Position numbers and translations under genes: made by a program. The notes beneath the pieces are model-generated. The model was not told where the DNA came from and searched no databases. It saw only the letters and a program-made list of their open reading frames with translations. Shown here in pieces: positions 25,577 to 33,257 of a DNA stretch of 64,000 nucleotides. The DNA lies in the NCBI GenBank assembly GCA_017656135.1, contig JACDOJ010000004.1:6007-70006 (forward strand), written 5' to 3'. Source of the DNA: Bacillota bacterium (GTDB lineage Bacteria; Bacillota; UBA5301). How positions within the stretch are numbered: position 1 is the stretch's first letter; every line of letters starts with the position of its first letter.

Positions 25577-25681
25577 GGATAGAATAGCAGGGTGTGCCCA
25601 GGCTGGACCGCAGAGACTAAAGACGTCGAAGCGGAAGCCTCGCTCTACTGACCGACTGAGGTGGAGCACCAAGCCGCACGC

Positions 25682-25704
25682 CCTCCTTACCTAAGTTAAG
25701 GAGG
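25682..25704 (+). promoter_or_regulatory. Anti-SD/SD hairpin sequestering the flgG ribosome-binding site
   Basis: CCTCCTTA (25682-25689) is the perfect reverse complement of TAAGGAGG (25697-25704), with a 7-nt loop. The second arm is the flgG Shine-Dalgarno sequence, 7 nt before the ATG at 25712. Confidence 0.5.
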
Positions 25705-25711
25705 TCTTTTC

Positions 25712-26500
25712 ATGATCAGAGCGCTTTTCACTGCCAGTTCAGGTATGTCAGCCCAGCAGCTGAATATCGACGTCATCTCCAACAACCTGGCCAACGTCAA
25801 TACAACGGGTTTCAAGAAGAGCAATGTGGACTTTGAGGATCTGCTCTATCAGACCTTGAGGCCTGCCGGCTCCCCGGTTATCGAAGGGGCTCAGATTCCC
25901 ACCGGGATTCAGGTGGGCCAGGGTGTCCGACCGGTGGCCACACAGAAGATCTTCAGCCAGGGGCAGTTTAAACGGACGGAGAACCCCCTGGACTTAGTCA
26001 TTGAAGGTGATGGTTTCTTCCAGATCCTGATGCCCGATGGGACCATCGCTTACACCCGCAATGGGGCTTTCAAACGGGACGGGGAAGGCAGGCTCGTCAC
26101 TTCCGACGGCTTTTACTTGGAACCGCCTATTGTCATCGACTCTGATGTCACCGAGGTAGGCATCGCCAATGACGGTACTGTGACTGTACGGCGTAGCGGC
26201 CAGGAAGGGGTAGAGACTATCGGCCAGATTCAGCTGGCCCGGTTCGGAAACCCCGCCGGCCTGGAAAGCATCGGCCGCAGCCTCTTGCGGCAGACCCCGG
26301 CCTCCGGTGAGCCTTTCGTCGGGACCCCAGGTCTGGACGGCTTGGGCTCTTTAAACCAGGGTTATCTGGAGATGTCCAATGTCCAAGTTGTAGAGGAAAT
26401 GGTCAATATGATTGTGGCTCAGCGGGCCTACGAAGTAAATTCCAAGGTCATCCAGGCCGCTGAAGATATGCTGCAAATTGCCAACAACCTCCGCCGGTAA
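25712..26500 (+). CDS. flgG: Flagellar distal rod protein FlgG (FlhP-like)
   Basis: [33 protein letters not shown] and the C-terminal GYLE.SNV....EMVNMI.AQRAYE.NSKVI motif are present. Confidence 0.9.
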   Translation: MIRALFTASSGMSAQQLNIDVISNNLANVNTTGFKKSNVDFEDLLYQTLRPAGSPVIEGAQIPTGIQVGQGVRPVATQKIFSQGQFKRTENPLDLVIEGDGFFQILMPDGTIAYTRNGAFKRDGEGRLVTSDGFYLEPPIVIDSDVTEVGIANDGTVTVRRSGQEGVETIGQIQLARFGNPAGLESIGRSLLRQTPASGEPFVGTPGLDGLGSLNQGYLEMSNVQVVEEMVNMIVAQRAYEVNSKVIQAAEDMLQIANNLRR

Positions 26501-26515
26501 ATAGGGGGCGGTAAG

Positions 26516-27481
26516 ATGCTCCGGCGCACTATCTTCATTCTGGTAATTGTTTTTGCTCTGGCCGTTTCGACCGGGGTGGGGGCAACGAATTTCCAGTTTC
26601 TGAATTCTGTCGAGGCCCAAAGCGACCAGGTTACCTTGGCCGACCTGGTTTCTCCCGAAAGCAGAGTCCCGGCAGCTTGGGAAGAAGTAGTGGTGGTGCA
26701 GGCGCCAAGTCCCAGGCGAAGCATCACCGTGACCGAACCCCAGGTAAAAAGAGCCCTACGGGAAGCGGGGGTGGACCCGGACGGCTTAGAGGCCGTGATC
26801 CCAGAGCGGGTCGTTGTTCATACCCCAGGGCAGGTTATTTTGCCCGCTGATGTCCAAGCCGAGTTCCAGCGGCAGCTGGAAGCGGTCTTGAAGCTTCCGG
26901 TAGAAGGTTTCAGAATCAAGTTGGTGGGCTGGACAGAGGAACTGACGGCCCCTTTAGGTGAGGTTCGGATTTCCATCTTGGAGGAGCGGGAGGATCTTTG
27001 GGAGTCCCTCCTCAGAAGCTATGCTTCTTTTGCCTACGAGATCAAAGTCCAAGACCAGGTAGTGAAGAGTGGCCGGGCCAGAGTTCGGGTCTTCGGGACC
27101 ATCCAGGTACCCGTTCTCACCAGGGACCTCCAGCGGCATGAGGTGGTAGGGCCGGAGGATCTAACCTGGCGGGAGATGGAGCTTGCCCGCCTCACTCCGG
27201 AAACGATCTTGGATCCTGAGGATGCGGTAGGGCAGAGGACCACCCGGTCGATTCGGGGAGGCCTCCCACTGGCGGCTCGGGACCTGGAAGTGCCGCCTTT
27301 AGTCCAATACCGCTCCAGAGTCAGGCTTACGGCCGAGTATCGCGGGATCTACCTGGAGACAGTAGGGCAGGCCCTGATGGACGGAGGTCTGGGGGACATC
27401 ATCAAAGTGGAGAACATCGCCAGCGGCAAGATCGTCAGCGCAGAAGTGGTCGGCCCTGGCGAAGTCAAAGTGCTGCTCTAG
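26516..27481 (+). CDS. flgA: Flagellar P-ring assembly chaperone FlgA (long form)
   Basis: Signal peptide plus a C-terminal SAF/FlgA domain (G.R..R.I..G.PL...DLE.PPLV..RS.V.L........L...G.AL.DG..GD.I.V.N..SGK). It lies between flgG and flgH. Confidence 0.8.
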   Translation: MLRRTIFILVIVFALAVSTGVGATNFQFLNSVEAQSDQVTLADLVSPESRVPAAWEEVVVVQAPSPRRSITVTEPQVKRALREAGVDPDGLEAVIPERVVVHTPGQVILPADVQAEFQRQLEAVLKLPVEGFRIKLVGWTEELTAPLGEVRISILEEREDLWESLLRSYASFAYEIKVQDQVVKSGRARVRVFGTIQVPVLTRDLQRHEVVGPEDLTWREMELARLTPETILDPEDAVGQRTTRSIRGGLPLAARDLEVPPLVQYRSRVRLTAEYRGIYLETVGQALMDGGLGDIIKVENIASGKIVSAEVVGPGEVKVLL

Positions 27482-27497
27482 TTTAGGAGGATCAACC

Positions 27498-28091
27498 ATG
27501 GCTCAGGCAGCCCGGAAAACCATACTGATTGCCGTCTGCATCTTTTTTGCTCTGGCACTTCCTGTGGGTGCAGCAGCCAACTCTCTTTGGACGGAGGCCG
27601 GGGGCAACTTGTTTTTGGATACTAAGGCCTCTGAGGTCGGCGACCTGGTGACCATCATCATCGTCGAGGAGTCCCAAGCCACTCAGAAAGCCTTGACCCA
27701 GACCAAGAAGAGCGGTTCGGTGGGGGTTGGACCAGGTCTTGGGATCCTCTCTAACGTCCTGCCGGAGATCACCGGGTCCGGAGAGGACAGTATGAATGCT
27801 TCCGGGACTACCACCCGGGGTGGAAGCCTGGAGGCAAAAGTGACGGTCCAGGTGGCCGAGGTCCTGCCCAACGGCAACCTGTTCCTGAAAGGCAGCCAAA
27901 AGATCATCATTAACGGGGAAGAACAGAACATCCAGGTCACCGGTGTGGTCAGGCCTGAGGATATCCGCTCGGACAACACCGTGCTTTCCACCTATGTTGC
28001 CAATGCCAAGATTACCTATACCGGTGAAGGACCCATTGGAGACCGGCAGAAGCCGGGGATTCTGACCAAGCTATTCCACTGGCTGTTCTAG
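27498..28091 (+). CDS. flgH: Flagellar L-ring protein FlgH
   Basis: SLW.......LF.D.KA..VGD.VTI.I.E and LPNGNL...G...I..N.E......G.VRPEDI...N.V.S...A.A.I.Y.G.G motifs are present. Confidence 0.9.
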   Translation: MAQAARKTILIAVCIFFALALPVGAAANSLWTEAGGNLFLDTKASEVGDLVTIIIVEESQATQKALTQTKKSGSVGVGPGLGILSNVLPEITGSGEDSMNASGTTTRGGSLEAKVTVQVAEVLPNGNLFLKGSQKIIINGEEQNIQVTGVVRPEDIRSDNTVLSTYVANAKITYTGEGPIGDRQKPGILTKLFHWLF

Positions 28092-28103
28092 GAGGAGAAC
28101 GTA

Positions 28104-29225
28104 ATGGTCTCTCGTTTGCAAACGCTGTGCATAGTCATCCTGCTTCTGGTAGCGCTGGTTACTTCGGCTGGGGCCGCGGAGCTTGAGCCGACGGTGCGGG
28201 TCAAAGACATCGCCCACCTAAAAGGGGACAGAATCAACCAGCTAACCGGGTTGGGCCTGGTAGTCGGACTGGATGGCACCGGTGATGGCTCCGGCTCCAT
28301 GGCTAATGTCCAGATGGTGGCCAACATGCTGCAGCGCTTCGGGCTCACCCTCTCTCCGCAGGACCTCAGGACCCGGAATGTGGCGGCGGTCATGGTCACC
28401 GCGGAGCTGCCGCCCTTTGCCAGGGAGGGTGACACCATTGATGTCACCGTCTCCTCTTTCGGAGATGCCAAGAGCCTTCAAGGGGGGATCCTGCTCATGA
28501 CCCCCTTGCGGGCGGCCGACGGCCAGGTCTATGCTGTGGCCCAGGGGCCGGTTTCCATCGGTGGTTTCAACGTCTCAGGTGGCGGTTCCAGGGTACAGAA
28601 GAACCACCCCACTGTCGGGCGAATTCCCGGCGGGGCCACGGTGGAAAGGGAAGTCCAGGTTACCCTCACCAACGGCAACTATTTGGATCTGGTCTTGGAT
28701 AACCCGGATTTTACCACAGTTAGCAGGCTGGTCAAAAACATCAACGCTGCCTTCCAGGCCGAGGTGGCCAAGGCGGTGGATAAAAGCACTATCAAACTAA
28801 GAATACCTGATTCATACCGGGATGATCCGGTTTCTTTCGTCGCCCGCTTGGAAAGGGTGGAGGTTCAGCCGGATACCGTGGCGAAAGTGGTTATAAATGA
28901 GCGCACCGGCACCATTGTCATGGGCCAGGATGTGCGGATTTCCACGGTGGCAGTGGCCCACGGCAGCCTGAGTGTGACCATCGGCACTCAGTACGAGGTT
29001 TCCCAACCCTGGCCCGATTCAGAGGGCACCACTCAGGTAGTGCCGGAGACCGAGGTCGAGGCCAAAGAGGAAGAGGCCAAACTGATGGTGCTCCCAGCCG
29101 GTTCCAGTGTCAGTGATGTGGTCAAGGCTTTGAATGCCATTGGAGCCACCCCCAGGGACATCATCGCCATTCTCCAAGCGGTCCAGGCCGCAGGGGCCCT
29201 GCATGGAGAATTGGAGATCATCTAG
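28104..29225 (+). CDS. flgI: Flagellar P-ring protein FlgI
   Basis: R.KD......R.NQL.G.GLVVGL.GTGD, GD.IDV.VSS.GDAKSL.GG.LL.TPL...DG.VYA.AQG and the C-terminal ..V..LNA.G..P.D.I.ILQA...AGAL...LE.I motif are present. Confidence 0.95.
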   Translation: MVSRLQTLCIVILLLVALVTSAGAAELEPTVRVKDIAHLKGDRINQLTGLGLVVGLDGTGDGSGSMANVQMVANMLQRFGLTLSPQDLRTRNVAAVMVTAELPPFAREGDTIDVTVSSFGDAKSLQGGILLMTPLRAADGQVYAVAQGPVSIGGFNVSGGGSRVQKNHPTVGRIPGGATVEREVQVTLTNGNYLDLVLDNPDFTTVSRLVKNINAAFQAEVAKAVDKSTIKLRIPDSYRDDPVSFVARLERVEVQPDTVAKVVINERTGTIVMGQDVRISTVAVAHGSLSVTIGTQYEVSQPWPDSEGTTQVVPETEVEAKEEEAKLMVLPAGSSVSDVVKALNAIGATPRDIIAILQAVQAAGALHGELEII

Positions 29226-29237
29226 GAGTTAGGTGCT

Positions 29238-29645
29238 ATGGATTTTGATTTAAACCCACTCTCTCTGGATCTGCTGACCAAACTTAATTTCCAAACCGAC
29301 CAGGGCAGCCTCTCGCCGCGGGGGGCCTTTGCTGAACTTTTGGCCAAGGTTCAACAGGAGGGGGTAGGAGAATCCCCTGATGGTCAGCCCATGGATGATG
29401 CGCGGCTCAAAGAGGCTTGTTGTCAGTTGGAGGCGGTCTTCCTGAACATCTTGGCCAAAGAGATGCGCAAAACTGTCCCCCGAGACGGCTACTTCCAGCC
29501 CAGCCGGGCCCGGGAGCTCTTCACCGAGATGTTAGATGAGGCTCTAACCGAAGAGGCTGGCAAGGCTCAAGGCACCCAACTGGCTGAAATCCTCTACGAG
29601 CAGTTGAAACAGGCCCAAAGTAATAAAGATCATCCTCAGAAATAA
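29238..29645 (+). CDS. flgJ: Rod-binding protein (FlgJ N-terminal domain only, no glycoside hydrolase domain)
   Basis: 135 aa with the Rod_binding-type core (LKEACCQLEAVFLNILAKEMRKT.P). The ORF ends without any muramidase domain. Confidence 0.75.
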   Translation: MDFDLNPLSLDLLTKLNFQTDQGSLSPRGAFAELLAKVQQEGVGESPDGQPMDDARLKEACCQLEAVFLNILAKEMRKTVPRDGYFQPSRARELFTEMLDEALTEEAGKAQGTQLAEILYEQLKQAQSNKDHPQK

Positions 29646-29655
29646 TGGAGAGCTT

Positions 29656-31158
29656 TTGGCTGTCCTTTCAGTTCCCATCACCCCAATTATTACAGCCTGC
29701 CTTGGGGCAGGAGAACTTCCCCGTCTTCCAGAATTAGTTGGTATGCTTGTTCTAACTCTGGCCATATTGCTAATTATAGCTCCCGCCGGGGCCCAGGCCG
29801 CACCGCCGGCAATCACCGATATTACAGCGGTGCCGACTGAAGCGGGCGTGGAGTTTGTTATCAAGGGTTCCGGCGATCTGGAGCACCGGCTGCTGTACTA
29901 CGTGAACCCCAGCAAGATCATCCTAGAGCTGCCCGGTTACACCCTGGATTCCGGGCTAAAAGTCCCAGCGGTATCTGGCCCCGGTATCCAACGGGTGCGC
30001 CTGACCCAGAACCAGTCCGGGATCAAGGTCGCCATTGACCTTTATTATCCTGTCCCGCGCTCCCAGGTAACGGTGAAAAAAGAGCCGGGCGGGCTAAGGC
30101 TGGTCGTGCCTACTCTCTTCGAAGAATCCCGGCGGATTCGGGTAACCCCCGGCGTCTATTACCACCAAGTGACCAGGGGCACTCCCGAGGGCCCGATCGA
30201 GATCAATATTCTGGAGCTAGACCCGGAGGTGGCCCAAGTTAAAGTGGAAACCCGCCTGGCCCAGGAGCGCACCTTGGGGCGGGAGCCCCTGAGCGCCATT
30301 ACCAAGCGGGCGGGAGCCCTGGCCGGTATCAACGGATCCTTTTTCAGCTCAGATGGGACCCCACTGGGCTTGTATATTCAAGACGGTCGGCTGATCACTG
30401 AGCCCATTCTCCACCGGACCGCCCTGGCTGTGACCGAAGAGGGTAAGCTTTTGATCACTCCCTTTGGTTTCAGCGGAAAAGTCCGGCTAGGCGAGGTGGA
30501 ACTGCCTGTCTCCGGGCTGAACCGCCAACGCTATACCGATGAACTGATTATTTACACCCCGGATAGGGGTGAAACCACCGAGACGAATAGTTTCGGTTTT
30601 GAACTCGTAATCATAGACGGTAAAGTTGCCGAGAGGGTCAGGGGGGATGCGGCTATCCCCAGGAACGGTTATGTGGTTTCCGGCCACGGCAAGTACAAAG
30701 ATATCCTCCAAGGGATAGAGGTGGGCACCCCTTGCACTCTCCAGCTGGAGACAGAGCCTGATTGGCGCCGGGCCAAGATTCGGTACGCCGTCGGTGCCGG
30801 GCCACAGTTGGTGAAAAACGGTCAGATCCAGATCACCGCTGATGAGGAGAGTTTCAAACCCGACATCACCCAGGGGAAGGCACCCAGGTCGGCCCTGGGA
30901 CTGACTCCTTCCGGCAAGATTGTGGCTGTCACTGTCAATGGCCGCAAAGCCAACATCAGCGTTGGGATGACTCTGGAGGAGCTGGCGGAGCTGATGGTCG
31001 AACTAGGCTGCGAGCAGGCCTTGAATCTGGACGGCGGTGGGTCGGTGACCATGGTCATCCGGGACAGACCTTTAAACATGCCTTCTGACGGCCGGGAGCG
31101 CCAGGTCAGCAGTGCCATATTGTTCATCGTCAATGAAGACCACAAGGAGAGCTTTTAA
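29656..31158 (+). CDS. Secreted AMIN-domain protein fused to a phosphodiester glycosidase (NAGPA/DUF2233-like) domain
   Basis: The N-terminal AMIN-like module spans ITDITAVPTEAGVEFVIKGSGDL to IILELPG and on to IQRVRLTQNQSGIKVAIDL. The C-terminal domain has GINGSFF, GAGPQLVKNG, PRSALGLTPSGKIVAVTVNGR and ALNLDGGGS. The start is uncertain (TTG at 29656 or ATG at 29743). Confidence 0.65.
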   Translation: MAVLSVPITPIITACLGAGELPRLPELVGMLVLTLAILLIIAPAGAQAAPPAITDITAVPTEAGVEFVIKGSGDLEHRLLYYVNPSKIILELPGYTLDSGLKVPAVSGPGIQRVRLTQNQSGIKVAIDLYYPVPRSQVTVKKEPGGLRLVVPTLFEESRRIRVTPGVYYHQVTRGTPEGPIEINILELDPEVAQVKVETRLAQERTLGREPLSAITKRAGALAGINGSFFSSDGTPLGLYIQDGRLITEPILHRTALAVTEEGKLLITPFGFSGKVRLGEVELPVSGLNRQRYTDELIIYTPDRGETTETNSFGFELVIIDGKVAERVRGDAAIPRNGYVVSGHGKYKDILQGIEVGTPCTLQLETEPDWRRAKIRYAVGAGPQLVKNGQIQITADEESFKPDITQGKAPRSALGLTPSGKIVAVTVNGRKANISVGMTLEELAELMVELGCEQALNLDGGGSVTMVIRDRPLNMPSDGRERQVSSAILFIVNEDHKESF

Positions 31159-33083
31159 TGACAGTAAAACCGGTTTGGAAACTGCTTTTTGCTACAGTAC
31201 TCATAGTCGCCCTGGGCGCCTCAGCCCAAGCGGTGGAGTTTTTCCCGCTGGACCAGTTGGAGCCGGGAATGCATGGCTATGGCCGTACCGTCATCAGAGG
31301 CAGTGAAGTGGAATCCTTTGATGTTGAAGTTCTAGGAACCTTGGAGTACCAGGGTCTTGTGGATAAGCTGGTCCTGGTCCGGGTCGGCGGCGAAGTGATG
31401 GAAGAGAGCGGGGGCATCGCTCAAGGTATGAGCGGCAGCCCAGTTTACATCGACGGCAAGCTGCTGGGGGCCCTCTCTTACGGGTATGGTCTCGCTGACC
31501 ATTTCATCGGCATGGTCACCCCAATCGATGCCATGCTTTCCGTCTTGGAGCTAGTTCCCGGCACCGAAATGCAGTTGAGCCGACCAGTGTACTTAGAGGG
31601 CCGGCGCTACGACTCGGTAGCCCTGGGAGAGACCGAAAATCCCAGTGCTTTGGAGCTCGTTCCGGTCTCCACCCCGCTTCTGGTCTCTGGAATGGGGCCC
31701 AGAGGGCGGCAGCGTCTCCAAGAGCTCTTTCAGGGGCTGGATGTGACCGTGCGGAGCATCGGAGCATCGGGTGAAGGGGGGGGCGGCGAGCTCAAGCTGG
31801 AGCCTGGCAGCCCCATCGCCGTAGATTTAATCAAAGGCGACATCCGGGCTTTGGCCTTGGGAACAGTCACCTACATCGATGATGAAGGCCGTTTTCTCGC
31901 CTTTGGGCACCCCTTTGCCAGCCGGGGCCGGAGTAACTATTTTGCCAGTTACGCCCAGATTCTGACTACGGTCCACAGCATCGATACCCCCTTCAAAATC
32001 GGAAAACCAGGTTCCAGTTTTGGGGTGGTCACCCAGGACCGGCAGGCCGCCATCGCCGGGCAGCTTGGGGCTTTGCCCACCACTGTACCGGTGAAGGTCA
32101 CTGTTCGGGATCTGGACTTACAGAGAGAGCGGACCTATTTCTTTGAGGTGATCAAAGACCCGCTTTTGACCTTGAACCTGATCGATACCGCTGTGCTGCA
32201 AACTATCGACAGCACCTTGGACCGGATCGGCCCAGGCACCGCCTCCCTCGAATTCACCATCTCTGGGGAGGAGCTGCCTGCCGGCGGCTTCACTAGGAAA
32301 AACCTCTTCTTTAGTAGTTTTGACATCGCTGCCGTCTCCACCGGGGAGCTTTTTGAGGCCTTGGACTTGGTGCTCAATAACGAATTCAAAGAGGTGGAGA
32401 TTGACCAGGTCGAAGTCACGATTCTGGTGGAAGAGGCACGGCGGACGGCCAAAATCGAAAACGCTCGGCTGCTCACAGATGAAGTCTACCCCGGTGATAC
32501 CGTTGAGATCGAAGTTACCTTGCGTCCCTGGCGCAGTGATCCCATTACCAGGGTGGTTAAACTGGATATCCCCCAGGATATCGAACCTGGGGAAGTGACC
32601 GTGACGGTGCGCAACGCCAGCTACCTGACGTATTCCGAAGAAGAGGAAGAGAGCGAGCACGTCGAGGAGCCTGAGGTGCCAGGCAAGCCAGACAATCCGG
32701 CGGAGCTGAAACCCAAAAAGAACGAACCGGTCACTAAAACCAATGCTGAAAGCTTGGAGCTTTTGATCAGCGATTTTGTTCTCCGGGAGAAGAATAACCA
32801 GATTGTGGCCGAGTTCTATCCCCCTGTTCCCTACTCTCAGGAGGAAGAGGGACCGGAAGAAGAGCTGAATCCGGCGCCCGGTGAGGCTGAAGGTTCGGGT
32901 TCAGGCCTAGAAGCTGAGGCCGGCGAGGCGGAACTCCGTGCAAAACCCATCACCTCCTCTTTGGATACCGAGTATGTTATTGAGGGGAGCACAACGGTGA
33001 ACATGGAGATTCGCGCCTATTCGGAGCTAGATGGAGAGCAGCCGGTTGAGGACTGGTCAGGTAAGCGCATCGTCTTAGACTAG
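31158..33083 (+). CDS. Secreted peptidase S55 (SpoIVB-like) domain protein with a long acidic C-terminal region
   Basis: It has a signal peptide (LLFATVLIVALGASAQA). GGIAQGMSGSPVYIDGKLLGALS (Ser motif, residues 90-95) and LGTVTYIDDEGRFLAFGHPF (His at about 251) resemble the SpoIVB Ser378 and His236 regions. The ATG overlaps the stop of the preceding gene by 1 nt (TAATG). Confidence 0.7.
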   Translation: MTVKPVWKLLFATVLIVALGASAQAVEFFPLDQLEPGMHGYGRTVIRGSEVESFDVEVLGTLEYQGLVDKLVLVRVGGEVMEESGGIAQGMSGSPVYIDGKLLGALSYGYGLADHFIGMVTPIDAMLSVLELVPGTEMQLSRPVYLEGRRYDSVALGETENPSALELVPVSTPLLVSGMGPRGRQRLQELFQGLDVTVRSIGASGEGGGGELKLEPGSPIAVDLIKGDIRALALGTVTYIDDEGRFLAFGHPFASRGRSNYFASYAQILTTVHSIDTPFKIGKPGSSFGVVTQDRQAAIAGQLGALPTTVPVKVTVRDLDLQRERTYFFEVIKDPLLTLNLIDTAVLQTIDSTLDRIGPGTASLEFTISGEELPAGGFTRKNLFFSSFDIAAVSTGELFEALDLVLNNEFKEVEIDQVEVTILVEEARRTAKIENARLLTDEVYPGDTVEIEVTLRPWRSDPITRVVKLDIPQDIEPGEVTVTVRNASYLTYSEEEEESEHVEEPEVPGKPDNPAELKPKKNEPVTKTNAESLELLISDFVLREKNNQIVAEFYPPVPYSQEEEGPEEELNPAPGEAEGSGSGLEAEAGEAELRAKPITSSLDTEYVIEGSTTVNMEIRAYSELDGEQPVEDWSGKRIVLD

Positions 33084-33118
33084 ACTGAAGACATCAAGAC
33101 TAGAGAGTCGTTTTTCGG

Positions 33119-33146
33119 AAACCGTTTCCAGTTGGAAACGGTTTTT
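33119..33146 (+). terminator. Intrinsic terminator ending the flgF-to-S55 transcription unit
   Basis: 11-bp stem AAACCGTTTCC (33119-33129) / GGAAACGGTTT (33134-33144) with a 4-nt loop, running into TTTTT (33142-33146). Confidence 0.65.
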
Positions 33147-33257
33147 CCCTCTCTTACAAGGAATTGCCGGGGTGTGGCTTTTCCCATTACAGAGGTTATC
33201 CCGGCGAGCCTGTAGAAGAAATAAGTTCGAGGTTCACTGATTCCAGGAGGATTTGTT

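Noticed and set aside
25577-25681. Possible long-range pairing GGGTGTGC (about 25590) with GCACGCCC (about 25676) suggesting a structured RNA in the flgF-flgG spacer
   Set aside because: Only one 8-bp helix (with a G:U pair) could be found by eye, and no convincing interior helices. This is not enough to call an ncRNA. Only the SD-sequestering hairpin is reported.
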